DNA of 24,000 bases from an uncultured Ectothiorhodospiraceae bacterium (GTDB taxonomy: Bacteria; Pseudomonadota; Gammaproteobacteria; XJ16; Halofilaceae), in assembly GCA_913055615.1 (NCBI GenBank), contig CAJXKK010000005.1, positions 31,207-55,206 on the forward strand, in the 5' to 3' direction. This document shows, piece by piece, positions 1 through 10,055 of the stretch (positions within the stretch are counted from its first letter, which is position 1; every line of letters starts with the position of its first letter). Under the pieces are notes generated by a model, which saw nothing but the letters and a program-made list of their open reading frames with translations, did no database searches and was not told the DNA's origin. The position numbers and the translations under genes were made by a program.

Positions 1-434
1 TCCAGCCCACGGAGGCCTGGCGCAGCTCGCTGGACCTGCGATGGAACCCGGAACTGGACGAAACCACCGACTGGTCGTTCAACTCGCGCTATGACGGCGG
101 CAACAACCGGATCGTGAATTTCGGCTACCGTTTCACCCGCGAATCGAAGGAGGCCATCGACCTTGCCGCCGGCTGGCCGCTGTCGCCGCGCTGGCTGGCG
201 GTCGCCAGTACCCGCTATTCACTCCGCGAGGACCGGAATTTCGAGACGCTGATCGGGGCCGAGTACGAAAGCTGCTGTTACAAGGTGCGGGCACTCGCCC
301 GCCGCCATGCCAGCGGTCAGGATGAGGAGCAGCAGAATGGGTTCGTGATCGAACTCGTCCTCAAGGGCCTGGGCGGGTTCGGCGACGATGCCGGCGGCCT
401 GCTTGACCGTGCTATCCTTGGCTACTCGCGCTGA
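1..434 (+). CDS. lptD: LPS-assembly outer-membrane protein LptD, C-terminal fragment (5' end outside window)
   Basis: Frame 3 is open from the window edge to TGA 432-434. The translation (...NSRYDGGNNRIVNFGYRFTRESKEAIDLAAGW...AEYESCCYKVRALARR...) looks like the C-terminal end of the LptD/OstA beta-barrel, including the adjacent Cys-Cys pair. It lies directly upstream of surA, as in the conserved lptD-surA-pdxA-rsmA-apaG-apaH cluster. Confidence 0.8.
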   Translation, partial: QPTEAWRSSLDLRWNPELDETTDWSFNSRYDGGNNRIVNFGYRFTRESKEAIDLAAGWPLSPRWLAVASTRYSLREDRNFETLIGAEYESCCYKVRALARRHASGQDEEQQNGFVIELVLKGLGGFGDDAGGLLDRAILGYSR

Positions 435-501
435 TCGCGGATGGTCGAGCGTTACGCCGACCGCCCGACACGATACCGCCGCACAACCGAGTGACCATCC
501 C

Positions 502-1845
502 ATGTCCCGACTGCGCCGCCACCTGACGGCCATCGCCTGTGTCTTCGCTATCGCACTGCCCGCCGCGGCGCCCGCGCGCGCGGACGAGACTCTCGACCGG
601 ATCGCCGCCGTGGTCAACGACGATGTCGTACTGGAGAGCGAACTCCGCGCGGAGATCGAGTTCATGCGCAACCAGATGCAGCGCAACGGCCAACGCGTCC
701 CTCCCGAAGATGTCATGCGCGAAAGGCTGCTGGAGCGCCTGATCCTCGAGAACATCCAGTTGCAGCGCGCCGAGCAGCGGGGCATCAGTGTGGACGACGA
801 GGCGGTCAACAACGCGCTGCGCAACATTGCGGACCGCAACGGCACCAACCTCTCCGGTCTGCGCGAACGGGTCGAGGCCGACGGTATGGATTTCGGGCGT
901 CTGCGCAGGGACATCCGCCGACAGATGATTGTTTCACGCCTGCAACAACGCGAGGTCGCGAGTCAGGTCCAGATCTCGGAGGACGAGGTCGACTCCGCCC
1001 TCGATCGCATGGAACAGTCCAACGAGGACGAGGCGGAATACGATCTGCGCCATATACTCGTCAGCGTACCTTCGGATGCGAGCGACGACGAGGTGAACGA
1101 GGCGCGCGAGAAGGCCGAGGCGCTCGTGGAACAACTGCGTGACGACGCCGATTTCGCGAGTGTCGCGACCCGCGAATCGGACGGCCCGGAGGCACTCGAG
1201 GGAGGCGACCTCGGCTGGCGTTCGGCTACTTCCCTGCCGGAACTGTTCATGCAGGCCATCCGGGATATGTCCACCGGCGCGGTCTCGGACCCGCTGCGCA
1301 GCCCGAACGGGTTCCATATCCTCAAGGTGGAAGACCGACGCGGCGGTGCGGAGCAGACCGTCACCGAGATCCAGGCACGGCATATCCTGCTCAAGGGTGA
1401 GGGCAATGGCGATAATCCCGACGCCACCGATGCGGAGACGGATGCGGAGGCAGGGGGCGAATCGCCCCGTAAACGCCTGGAAACGCTGCGGCGACGGATC
1501 GAGGCGGGGGCCGATTTCGCGGAGATCGCGCGCGCGGTCTCCGAAGACCAGGGCAGCGCCAGCCGCGGCGGCGATCTCGGCTGGGTCGGCCCCGGCGAGA
1601 TGACGCCGGCATTCCAGCAGGTCATCGAGGGGCTCGAGCCGGGGACACTGAGCGAACCGTTCCGCTCGCCGTATGGCTGGCATCTGGTGGAAGTCCTCGA
1701 TAAACGTCAGCGCCAGGACGTCGAGGAATTCCAGCGCAACCAGGCCCGGCAGTCCCTCTACGAAAGGCAGCTCGAGCAGGAGGCGCAGCGCTGGCGTCAG
1801 CGGCTGCGAGACCAGGCCTACATCGACATCCGCCTGGACGAATAG
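502..1845 (+). CDS. surA: Periplasmic chaperone / peptidyl-prolyl isomerase SurA
   Basis: ORF 388..1845. I place the start at ATG 502 ([27 protein letters not shown], a signal peptide). There is an N-terminal SurA chaperone region plus two parvulin-type domains (..[20 protein letters not shown] and ..[20 protein letters not shown]). Synteny with lptD and pdxA supports the call. Confidence 0.9.
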   Translation: MSRLRRHLTAIACVFAIALPAAAPARADETLDRIAAVVNDDVVLESELRAEIEFMRNQMQRNGQRVPPEDVMRERLLERLILENIQLQRAEQRGISVDDEAVNNALRNIADRNGTNLSGLRERVEADGMDFGRLRRDIRRQMIVSRLQQREVASQVQISEDEVDSALDRMEQSNEDEAEYDLRHILVSVPSDASDDEVNEAREKAEALVEQLRDDADFASVATRESDGPEALEGGDLGWRSATSLPELFMQAIRDMSTGAVSDPLRSPNGFHILKVEDRRGGAEQTVTEIQARHILLKGEGNGDNPDATDAETDAEAGGESPRKRLETLRRRIEAGADFAEIARAVSEDQGSASRGGDLGWVGPGEMTPAFQQVIEGLEPGTLSEPFRSPYGWHLVEVLDKRQRQDVEEFQRNQARQSLYERQLEQEAQRWRQRLRDQAYIDIRLDE

Positions 1846-1850
1846 GCCAT

Positions 1851-2837
1851 ATGCACATGCCGATCCGGCGGATCGCACTGACCCCGGGCGAGCCGGCCGG
1901 TATCGGCCCGGATCTGGTCGCAGCGATCGCGATGCGGCCGAGCGCCGTGGAGCGCGTCGTGATCGCCGACGAGGACATGCTACTCACCCGCGCCGCGGCC
2001 CTCGGCCACGAACTGACACCGCGGCCATTCGACCCAGCCGCACCACCGCGTGCCCAGGCCGCTGGCGAGATCGCGGTCGATCACATCGCCACCGGGACCA
2101 CTGTCGAGCCGGGTCGGCTCGATCCGCGCAACGCCGCCTACGTGCTTGAAACGCTTACCCGGGCCGTGGACGGCTGCCTCGATGGGCGCTTCGCCGCCAT
2201 GGTGACGGCGCCCGTGCACAAGGCCGTCATCAACGAGGCCGGGATCCCGTTCACCGGTCACACGGAGTTCCTGGGCGAACGCACCGGCGGCAACCCGGTC
2301 ATGATGCTGGTCGCCGGCGACCTGCGCGTGGCGCTGCTCACCACGCACCTGCCCCTGCGGGCCGTGCCCGACAACATCACCCGCGAGCGGATCGAAGGCA
2401 TCGCGCGGACGCTGCAGCATGATCTTCGCCAGCGCTTCGCGATCGAGCATCCGCGCATACTGGTCCTCGGCCTGAATCCGCACGCCGGCGAAGGCGGGCA
2501 TCTCGGCACCGAGGAGCGCGACGTGATCGACCCGGCGCTCGCATCCCTGCGTGCCGAGGGTATCGACGTGGCCGGCCCGCTGCCCGCCGATACCGCCTTC
2601 ACCCCGCGCGCGCTCGCCGGCGCCGATGCCGTGCTCGCCATGTATCACGACCAGGGGCTGCCAGTCCTGAAATACGCCGGCTTCGGCGGTGCCGTGAATG
2701 TCACGCTGGGCCTGCCCATCGTGCGGACCTCTGTGGACCATGGCACGGCGCTCGAACTGGCCGGAACCGGGCGGGCGGAATCCGGCAGTCTGGGCGCGGC
2801 ACTGGAGCTCGCCTCTCGCCTCGGCGGGCAGGGTTAG
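1851..2837 (+). CDS. pdxA: 4-hydroxythreonine-4-phosphate dehydrogenase PdxA
   Basis: 328-aa ORF with PdxA hallmarks ([46 protein letters not shown]). Its TAG stop overlaps the GTG start of rsmA (TAGTG). The start could instead be the ATG at 1857. Confidence 0.9.
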   Translation: MHMPIRRIALTPGEPAGIGPDLVAAIAMRPSAVERVVIADEDMLLTRAAALGHELTPRPFDPAAPPRAQAAGEIAVDHIATGTTVEPGRLDPRNAAYVLETLTRAVDGCLDGRFAAMVTAPVHKAVINEAGIPFTGHTEFLGERTGGNPVMMLVAGDLRVALLTTHLPLRAVPDNITRERIEGIARTLQHDLRQRFAIEHPRILVLGLNPHAGEGGHLGTEERDVIDPALASLRAEGIDVAGPLPADTAFTPRALAGADAVLAMYHDQGLPVLKYAGFGGAVNVTLGLPIVRTSVDHGTALELAGTGRAESGSLGAALELASRLGGQG

Positions 2838-3607
2838 TGGCCCACAACCCACGCAAGCGCTTCGGCCAGCATTTCCTGCACGACCGCGGCACGGTCGAGC
2901 GGATCGTCGCGGCCGTCGCACCCGCGCGCGGCGAGACGATCGTCGAGATCGGTCCCGGCGAGGGTGTGCTGACTGGCCCTCTGCTGGCGGCGGCCGGCCA
3001 CCTCCACGTCGTCGAGGTCGACCGCGATCTGGCCGCTGCATTGCGCGAGCGCGTGGACTGGTCCGACACGCTGTGCGTGCACGAGGCCGACGCGCTCCGC
3101 TTCGATTTTACGGCGCTGGCACCGGCGAACGGCTGTCTGCGCGTGGTGGGCAACCTGCCCTACAACATCTCGACACCGCTACTGTTCCACCTGCTCGAAC
3201 AGCGGGCCGCCATCGCCGACATGCATTTCATGCTCCAGCGAGAGGTCGTGGACCGCATGGCCGCGGAACCCGGCTCCGGTGTGTACGGGCGGCTGTCAGT
3301 GATGATCCAGGCCTGGTGCGGGGTCACGCGGCTGTTCCGGGTCGCCCCCGGGGCCTTCCGGCCACCGCCGGCCGTGGAGTCCGCCGTCGTGCGGCTGGTG
3401 CCGCGTGCGCGGCCACTGGTCGATGCGGCGGACGCGGCGCGTTTCGGCGAGATCGTGCGGCGCGCGTTCTCGGTGCGAAGGAAAACCCTGCGCAACGGTC
3501 TACGCAACTATATGGACGCCGATACGATCGCCGCCGCCGGCATCGACCCCGGCACCCGCCCGGAAAGGCTCGGTGTCGAGGATTTCGCGCACCTGGCGCG
3601 CTCGTAA
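2837..3607 (+). CDS. rsmA: 16S rRNA (adenine1518/1519-N6)-dimethyltransferase RsmA/KsgA
   Basis: 256-aa ORF with a GTG start. N-terminus PRKRFGQHFLHD, SAM-binding motif VEIGPGEGVLT and NLPYNISTP motif. Conserved position between pdxA and apaG. Confidence 0.9.
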   Translation: MAHNPRKRFGQHFLHDRGTVERIVAAVAPARGETIVEIGPGEGVLTGPLLAAAGHLHVVEVDRDLAAALRERVDWSDTLCVHEADALRFDFTALAPANGCLRVVGNLPYNISTPLLFHLLEQRAAIADMHFMLQREVVDRMAAEPGSGVYGRLSVMIQAWCGVTRLFRVAPGAFRPPPAVESAVVRLVPRARPLVDAADAARFGEIVRRAFSVRRKTLRNGLRNYMDADTIAAAGIDPGTRPERLGVEDFAHLARS

Positions 3608-3662
3608 TCGGCCCCGACGCGGAATGGATGCGTTACCATACGGGACGAGCCGAGGAGCCCTC

Positions 3663-4040
3663 ATGAGCGACGAAAACGGCATCCGCATCAACGTGGAGAC
3701 GGACTATCTCGAGGCCGAATCGAGCCCCGGTGAAGGCCGTTACGTATTCGCGTACACGATCACGATCCACAACGACGGTGAACAGGCGGCTCGACTGCTG
3801 ACGCGCTACTGGCGCATCACCGATGGCAACGGCCACGTGCGCGAGGTCCACGGCGATGGCGTGGTCGGCGAGCAGCCGTATCTGCGCCCGGGAGAGGGCT
3901 TCCGCTACACCAGCGGTGCCAATCTCGAGACCCCGCTGGGGACGATGGCAGGCCGCTACGGCATGATCGACGCCAACGGCGAGCACTTCCAGGCCACCAT
4001 CCCCGAATTCCTGCTGACCACGCCGCGCACGCTGCACTGA
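3663..4040 (+). CDS. apaG: ApaG (DUF525) protein
   Basis: Only the C-terminal 125 aa of ORF 3405..4040 look real, starting at ATG 3663 (MSDENGIRINVETDYLEAESSPGEGRYVFAYTITIHN...GEQPYLRPGEGFRYTSG). This is a typical ApaG sequence. The upstream part of the ORF overlaps rsmA in another frame. Confidence 0.9.
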   Translation: MSDENGIRINVETDYLEAESSPGEGRYVFAYTITIHNDGEQAARLLTRYWRITDGNGHVREVHGDGVVGEQPYLRPGEGFRYTSGANLETPLGTMAGRYGMIDANGEHFQATIPEFLLTTPRTLH

Positions 4041-4068
4041 GCGGACAGTTATATTTACGGAGGCGTCC

Positions 4069-4899
4069 GTGACCACCTGGGCCATCGGCGACCTGCACGG
4101 CTGCCACGACGATCTCTGCCGCCTGCTCGAACGGATCGCTTTCGATCCGGCGCGCGACCGTGTCTGGTTCGTCGGCGATGTGGTCAACCGCGGCCCCGAC
4201 TCCCTCGCGTGCCTGCGCACCGTGCGCGAACTCGGCGACGCGGCGGTCTGCGTACTCGGTAACCACGATCTGCATCTGCTCGCGCGTGCGGCCGGCGCGC
4301 GCACGCCGCGAGGCAAGGACCGCTTCGACGCGATCCTGGACTCGCCCGACCGCGCGGAACTGCTCGACTGGCTGCGGCGCCGGCCGCTGCTGCACCACGA
4401 CGGCGAGCTCGGCTACACGCTGGTTCACGCCGGGTTGCATCGCGACTGGGATCGCGATACCGCGCACCAGGTAGCGGCCGAGGTGGAGACCGTCCTCCGT
4501 GCGGACGATTACGAGCGCCTGTTCGACTACATGTATGGCGACGAGCCGGAGCAGTGGTCCCCGGGGCTCACCGGCGAGGCGCGCATCCGCTGCGCCGTGA
4601 ATATCTTCACGCGCATGCGCTACTGCCGCCCCGACGCCAGCCTCGACCTCGGGCCGACCGGGCCACCCGGGACCCAGCCCGAAGGACTGCTGCCCTGGTA
4701 CGAATTGCCCGGACGTGCCAACGCCGATCTGCGGATCGTATTCGGTCACTGGTCCACACTCGGCTACCACGCGGCGCACGGCGTGTATGCGCTCGACTCG
4801 GGTTGCCTCTGGGGCGGGCGGTTGACCGCACTGGCGCTTGAGGCCGAGCCGCGGGTGGTGCACGTGGAGTGTGGCGGGGCCATGGCGCCGGCGGGGTGA
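4069..4899 (+). CDS. apaH: Bis(5'-nucleosyl)-tetraphosphatase (symmetrical) ApaH
   Basis: 276-aa ORF with a GTG start. Metallophosphatase motifs GDLHGC, GDVVNRGP, GNHD and GHW are present. It is the last gene of the conserved cluster. Confidence 0.9.
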   Translation: MTTWAIGDLHGCHDDLCRLLERIAFDPARDRVWFVGDVVNRGPDSLACLRTVRELGDAAVCVLGNHDLHLLARAAGARTPRGKDRFDAILDSPDRAELLDWLRRRPLLHHDGELGYTLVHAGLHRDWDRDTAHQVAAEVETVLRADDYERLFDYMYGDEPEQWSPGLTGEARIRCAVNIFTRMRYCRPDASLDLGPTGPPGTQPEGLLPWYELPGRANADLRIVFGHWSTLGYHAAHGVYALDSGCLWGGRLTALALEAEPRVVHVECGGAMAPAG

Positions 4900-4932
4900 G
4901 GGCCCTTGGCCCTTGGCCCTTCCCCACCCTCA
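4897..4932. repeat. Miniature heptamer-repeat element (GCCCTTG GCCCTTG GCCCTTC) bounded by inverted TGAGGG/CCCTCA that are the two convergent stop codons
   Basis: The sequence tgaGGGCCCTTGGCCCTTGGCCCTTCCCCACCCtca fills the entire apaH/folA gap. The termini TGAGGG and CCCTCA are perfect inverted repeats. They contain the apaH stop (4897-4899) and the folA stop (4930-4932, minus strand). Confidence 0.6.
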
Positions 4933-5423
4933 GTCCCCAATGCGCTCCAGGATCAGGAAGCTGTAAGCGGATTCGTGGCGATCGTCAGCCTCGTGGTCTT
5001 CGCGGAAGGTCTCGCGCCATTCGCAGCTCTCGAACGCGGGGAAGAAGGTGTCGCCCGGGTACTCGCCGTGCACGACCGTCAGATAGAGGCGGTCGGCCAG
5101 GTTGAGCGTGGCCGCGAAGAGCACGCCGCCGCCGATGATCATCACCTCCGGATAATCGCGCGCCACCTCGAGCGCCCCCTCGAGACTCGGTACGACGGTC
5201 GCGCCCGGGGCCTCGAAATCGGCCTGGGTCGAGATCACTATATTCGCCCGCCCCGGCAACGCGCGCCCGATCGACTCCCAGGTGCGCCGGCCCATCACGA
5301 TCGGTTTGCCGAGCGTGCAGCGCTTGAACCACTTCAGGTCTTCGGGCAGATGCCACGGCAGTTCGCCCTGGTGGCCGATCATGCGGTTGCGGTCGAGTGC
5401 GACGATCAGGCTGAGTTCGTGTT

Positions 5424-5427
<4 letters not shown>
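4930..5427 (-). CDS. folA: Dihydrofolate reductase
   Basis: 165-aa ORF ([54 protein letters not shown]...), a typical type I DHFR. Its ATG overlaps the thyA stop (ATGA). Confidence 0.9.
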
Positions 5428-6218
<791 letters not shown>

Positions 6219-6220
6219 GA

Positions 6221-7012
6221 CTATGCTTCCGTGACGGGTTGGCGACGCGCAAGGAACAGTAACAGGATACCGCCAAGGATCATGGGCACGGACAGCAATT
6301 GCCCCATCGTCATCCAGCCGAACGCGACGGCCCCCAGATGCGGATCCGGCGCACGGGCGAACTCGACGATGAACCGGAAAACCCCGTAACCGAGCAGGAA
6401 CAGCCCGGAGACGGCCCAGCGCGGCCGCGGCCGCGCCGAAAACCACCAAAGCAGGGCGAACAGCACGACACCCTCGAGCAGGAACTCATAGAGCTGCGAA
6501 GGATGCCGCGGCTCCGGGCCAGCCCCCGGGAAGATCATCGCCCAGGGGAGCTCCGTGGGCCGCCCCCAAAGCTCGCCGTTGATGAAATTGCCGAGGCGCC
6601 CGGTACCCAGCCCGACAGGTGCCACCGGCGCGATGAAGTCGGTCACCTCGGCCAGATGGCGGCCCTGGCGCCGTGCGATCCAGCCCATCGCGGCGATGAC
6701 GCCGAGCATGCCGCCGTGGAAGGACATGCCGCCCTCCCAGACATAGAAGAGCGATAACGGATCCGCCAACAGCTCCCCGAAACCGTAAAACAGCACATAG
6801 CCGATCCGGCCACCGGCGAGCACGCCGACCGCCCCCCAGAACAGCAGGTCGTCGAGTTGTTCGCGCCTCCAGCCCGGGGCGCCGCGGTCGATACGCCAGC
6901 GCAGCAGCAGCCAGGCCGCGGCGAAACCGATGAGATACATGAGGCCATACCAGTGGATCGCCACCGGGCCGATCTCGATCGCGACGGGGTCGATAGAGGG
7001 ATAGTCGAGCAT
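6221..7012 (-). CDS. lgt: Phosphatidylglycerol-prolipoprotein diacylglyceryl transferase Lgt
   Basis: 263-aa polytopic membrane ORF (..[12 protein letters not shown].., ..SFHGGMLG.., [15 protein letters not shown]), a typical Lgt. It ends 2 nt before the thyA start. Confidence 0.9.
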   Translation of the reverse strand: MLDYPSIDPVAIEIGPVAIHWYGLMYLIGFAAAWLLLRWRIDRGAPGWRREQLDDLLFWGAVGVLAGGRIGYVLFYGFGELLADPLSLFYVWEGGMSFHGGMLGVIAAMGWIARRQGRHLAEVTDFIAPVAPVGLGTGRLGNFINGELWGRPTELPWAMIFPGAGPEPRHPSQLYEFLLEGVVLFALLWWFSARPRPRWAVSGLFLLGYGVFRFIVEFARAPDPHLGAVAFGWMTMGQLLSVPMILGGILLLFLARRQPVTEA

Positions 7013-7042
7013 GGCGACACAGTGTACGGGAATGGGGTCGGT

Positions 7043-9841
7043 TCAGTCGCCTGTCACGCTCACTCCGAAGGGCACGCGGGCGGATTCGAGCGGCCGCGGG
7101 CGGGCATAACCATAGCCCTGCAGGAAATCGACACCGATCTCCCGCAGGACCTCGATCACCGCGTCGTTCTCGACGAATTCCGCAATCGTATGCATCCCCA
7201 ATGCATGGCCGACGTCGTTCATCGAGCGCACGATCGACTGGTGCACGGGATTCGAGTGGATATCGCGCACGAACGCGCCGTCGATCTTCAGGAAATCGAC
7301 CGGCAGGTTCTGCAGGTAGTTGAACGAGGACAACCCGCTGCCGAAGTCGTCCAGCGAGAAACGGCACCCGCGGGCGCGCAGCGCCTCCATGAACGCCCGC
7401 GCCGATGCGAGATTGGAGATCGCGGCCGTCTCGGTGATCTCGAAACACAGATTGCGCGGCGCTACGGCCTGACGGTCGATCTCGCCCAACACGGTGTCGA
7501 GGAAGCCGTCGCTGGCGAGCGATCGCCCGGAGAGATTGATCGAGTACAGGGCGTCATCCGGGACGTCATTGGCCGCCATCCAGGCGAGCGCGCGGCGCAC
7601 GACCCACTGATCGATCGACGGCGCGAGATTATAGCGCTCCGCGGCTGGCAGGAAGCTGCCCGGCTGGCGAATGGTGCCGTCTCCATCCGCCATGCGCAGC
7701 AGGATCTCGAAGTGCCGCACCGGGTCGGGCGTTACAGCATCCACGATATCCTGGCAGTAGAGGATCAGGCGGTCTTCCTCCAGGGCCCGGTTGATCTCGG
7801 ATACCCACTGCATCTCGGCATGGCGCGCCTGCAGGGCCTCGTCGTCGGCCTCGTATACCTGCACGCGGTTACGCCCCTGGTCCTTCGCCATATAACAGGC
7901 GGTATCCGCCGCGCTCAGCAGGATGTCCGTGTTCGGGCTCTCGCCATCGATGGAGACGACGCCGATACTCACGCCGATGCTGAAGATGTGTTCCGACCAG
8001 ACGAAGCGGAACTGCTGGATCGCTTCGCGCAGATCCTCGGCGATGGCCCGCGCGGCGGGGATCCCGCAGGGGTGCAGGAGCAGACCGAACTCGTCGCCGC
8101 CAAGCCGCGCCAGTGTCCCCCGCCCCGCCAGACGGTCACCGAGCATGAACGACAGCTGGCGCAGGAGCTCATCGCCGGCGACGTGCCCGCAGGTATCGTT
8201 GACGAGCTTGAACTGGTCGAGATCGAGGTAACACAGAACGCCCGTCCCCTGGCCGCGCTGCGCCGCCTGCAGGACCCGATGGAGCCGGTTCTCGAACTCA
8301 TAACGGTTGATCAGGCCCGTCAGCGAATCGTGGGTCGCCTGCCAGCGCAGGCGCTCGGTCATGCGCTGGGACTCGCTCACGTCATGGAAGATGAGCACGG
8401 CGCCAACCACCGCTCCGCCCCGGTCGCGCATCGCGACCAGAGCGTAGTCGACATAGCGCATCTCCCCGTCGTCGGCGTCTCCCGCGCCCGCGAGCCGTCC
8501 GATCCGCCGCTCGCCGGTCGTGCGGCGCTCTCCCACGCAGCGATCGACCAGCTGACCCTGGCGCTCCGCGCCGCTGCGGTCGTAGAGGGCGACTACCTCA
8601 TCGATCGGCCGGCCCAGGGCCTCGGCCTCGGTCACCCCGGTCAGCGAGGTGGCGACCGGGTTGATGTACTCGATCCGGCCTTCGGTGTCGGTCGCGATCA
8701 CCGCATCGACCACGGCCTCCAGCGTCGCCTGGGAGAACTCGCGTGCCTGCGAGGCACTGCGGGCGTGGGCCTCGGCCTGCTCGCGCGCCCGGTTTGCAGC
8801 AAGCTCGGCATCGCGGCGCTGACCGACCTCGTCCTCCAGTTCACTGACCAGACCGCGCACGCGCTCGACCATGGCGTTGAATGAGCGGATCGGGGTCGCG
8901 ATCTCGGGCGGGCCCGCCGCCGTGACCGGGGCGAAATCGTCGATGCCCCGCTCCTGTGAGACGTTTTCCGCGGCCTGCTGCAGCCAGCGCAGCGGTTGCA
9001 TCAACCGCCGCAGGCTGATCAGCGCGATCAGGATCGCCAGCGCCAGGACCAGGCCGGCCGCGATGAGGACGAAATCGCGGGTGGCGGTCAGCTGCTCGTT
9101 CAGCAGCCCGACGCCGGTCGCCGCGCGGATCGCGAACACCGGCTCGTTGTCGCCCGCCGGCGTCAGGTAACGGGTCGAGACGGTGTCACTACCGTCGGCG
9201 ATACGCCGCCAGTCGTCCGTCTCATACAGCCGGTCACCACCGGGGCGCTCGATGCGCAGCGCGATCCCCGTATCCGGGCCGATCCTCGCCAGGGCCGCGA
9301 CCGGGTCGCTGACCACCTCCACGAACCCCCCCGGCTCGAGCCCCGGCAGGGGCATGAGCAGCGACTGCACGGGCACGCCAGCGCGTATGCAGGAGCGCCG
9401 CGCCATCCCGTCGGAGGCAAACGGTGACGGGGTCGCCCCATCCGGTGCGGGGCACCCGTGTTGCGCCTCGCCGACCTCGGCCACCGGCTCAAGGGAGGCG
9501 TCCAGCACGCGTGCGCCCGTGAGCGCGGCATCCGCCGGCGCCTGGGCGATGGCCGCGCTCACGGGCGTCTCGAGCCCCTCCCCGCGCCGGTTGCGCCAGG
9601 CCTCCCGGAACGCCGGATCCCGGGCCAGATCGAGGGCGAAGATCCGCTGGCCCGCGGTCATCGCGTGGCGGCGATTGCGCACCTCGTTGCTGACGATCTC
9701 CTTGATCGTCGTCGCGCGGTTGTCATGCGACACAGAGCGATAGATCCCGGCGCTGAAGAGCACCAGCGCGAGGCCGACACCGCCCATCGCCAGCAGGCAC
9801 AGGGCCACCACGGTCTGCAGACTGGGACTCTTTCGATGCAT
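7043..9841 (-). CDS. Membrane sensor protein with HAMP, PAS, GGDEF (diguanylate cyclase) and EAL (c-di-GMP phosphodiesterase) domains
   Basis: Track ORF 7043..9910 begins at a TTG. I prefer ATG 9841 (MHRKSPSLQTVVALCLLAMGGVGLALVLF, a short basic N-terminus followed by a TM helix). A second TM helix (FVLIAAGLVLALAILIALISL) follows, then a HAMP/coiled coil and PAS. The GGDEF motif is intact (LARLGGDEFGLLL). EAL-domain motifs present are FEILLRM, FEITE and DDFGSG. Confidence 0.85.
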   Translation of the reverse strand: MHRKSPSLQTVVALCLLAMGGVGLALVLFSAGIYRSVSHDNRATTIKEIVSNEVRNRRHAMTAGQRIFALDLARDPAFREAWRNRRGEGLETPVSAAIAQAPADAALTGARVLDASLEPVAEVGEAQHGCPAPDGATPSPFASDGMARRSCIRAGVPVQSLLMPLPGLEPGGFVEVVSDPVAALARIGPDTGIALRIERPGGDRLYETDDWRRIADGSDTVSTRYLTPAGDNEPVFAIRAATGVGLLNEQLTATRDFVLIAAGLVLALAILIALISLRRLMQPLRWLQQAAENVSQERGIDDFAPVTAAGPPEIATPIRSFNAMVERVRGLVSELEDEVGQRRDAELAANRAREQAEAHARSASQAREFSQATLEAVVDAVIATDTEGRIEYINPVATSLTGVTEAEALGRPIDEVVALYDRSGAERQGQLVDRCVGERRTTGERRIGRLAGAGDADDGEMRYVDYALVAMRDRGGAVVGAVLIFHDVSESQRMTERLRWQATHDSLTGLINRYEFENRLHRVLQAAQRGQGTGVLCYLDLDQFKLVNDTCGHVAGDELLRQLSFMLGDRLAGRGTLARLGGDEFGLLLHPCGIPAARAIAEDLREAIQQFRFVWSEHIFSIGVSIGVVSIDGESPNTDILLSAADTACYMAKDQGRNRVQVYEADDEALQARHAEMQWVSEINRALEEDRLILYCQDIVDAVTPDPVRHFEILLRMADGDGTIRQPGSFLPAAERYNLAPSIDQWVVRRALAWMAANDVPDDALYSINLSGRSLASDGFLDTVLGEIDRQAVAPRNLCFEITETAAISNLASARAFMEALRARGCRFSLDDFGSGLSSFNYLQNLPVDFLKIDGAFVRDIHSNPVHQSIVRSMNDVGHALGMHTIAEFVENDAVIEVLREIGVDFLQGYGYARPRPLESARVPFGVSVTGD

Positions 9842-9929
9842 CGTTTCCGGTCCGTTCCCCTGCGATCCATGGCCACCGCGCCGGCGCGCCACCCTGTCGG
9901 GATGGGTCAATCATCACTGCCAAAATGGC

Positions 9930-9945
9930 AGCAAGCAACGTGCCA
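9930..9945 (-). promoter_or_regulatory. Candidate sigma-54 (RpoN) -24/-12 promoter upstream of the GGDEF-EAL gene
   Basis: The minus strand reads TGGCACGTTGCTTGCT. This matches every conserved position of the TGGCACG-N4-TTGCW consensus. It is intergenic and oriented toward the gene, with a predicted TSS near 9919. It is the only such match I found in the window by eye. Confidence 0.45.
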
Positions 9946-10055
9946 CCATCCGGTCGCACGCAATGGTATCGGCAGGCGCGAGTTGCCGGGGCGGCCCCAT
10001 ACCCGGGCGCATCGGCTACAATCCGGCGGATTGACCGGCAACGTCCGCCATCTCC

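Noticed and set aside
6857-8884. 675-aa ORF on the plus strand
   Set aside because: It is entirely antisense to the GGDEF-EAL gene, whose domains are unmistakable. The translation has no recognisable motifs. Long stop-free antisense frames are an expected artefact of very high GC content and codon bias.
9983-10022. Sigma-70-like TTGCCG (9983-9988) and TACAAT (10017-10022) upstream of the acyltransferase gene
   Set aside because: The spacing between the two hexamers is about 28 nt, far from the functional 16-18 nt. TACAAT alone may still be a -10 element, but I cannot support a promoter call.
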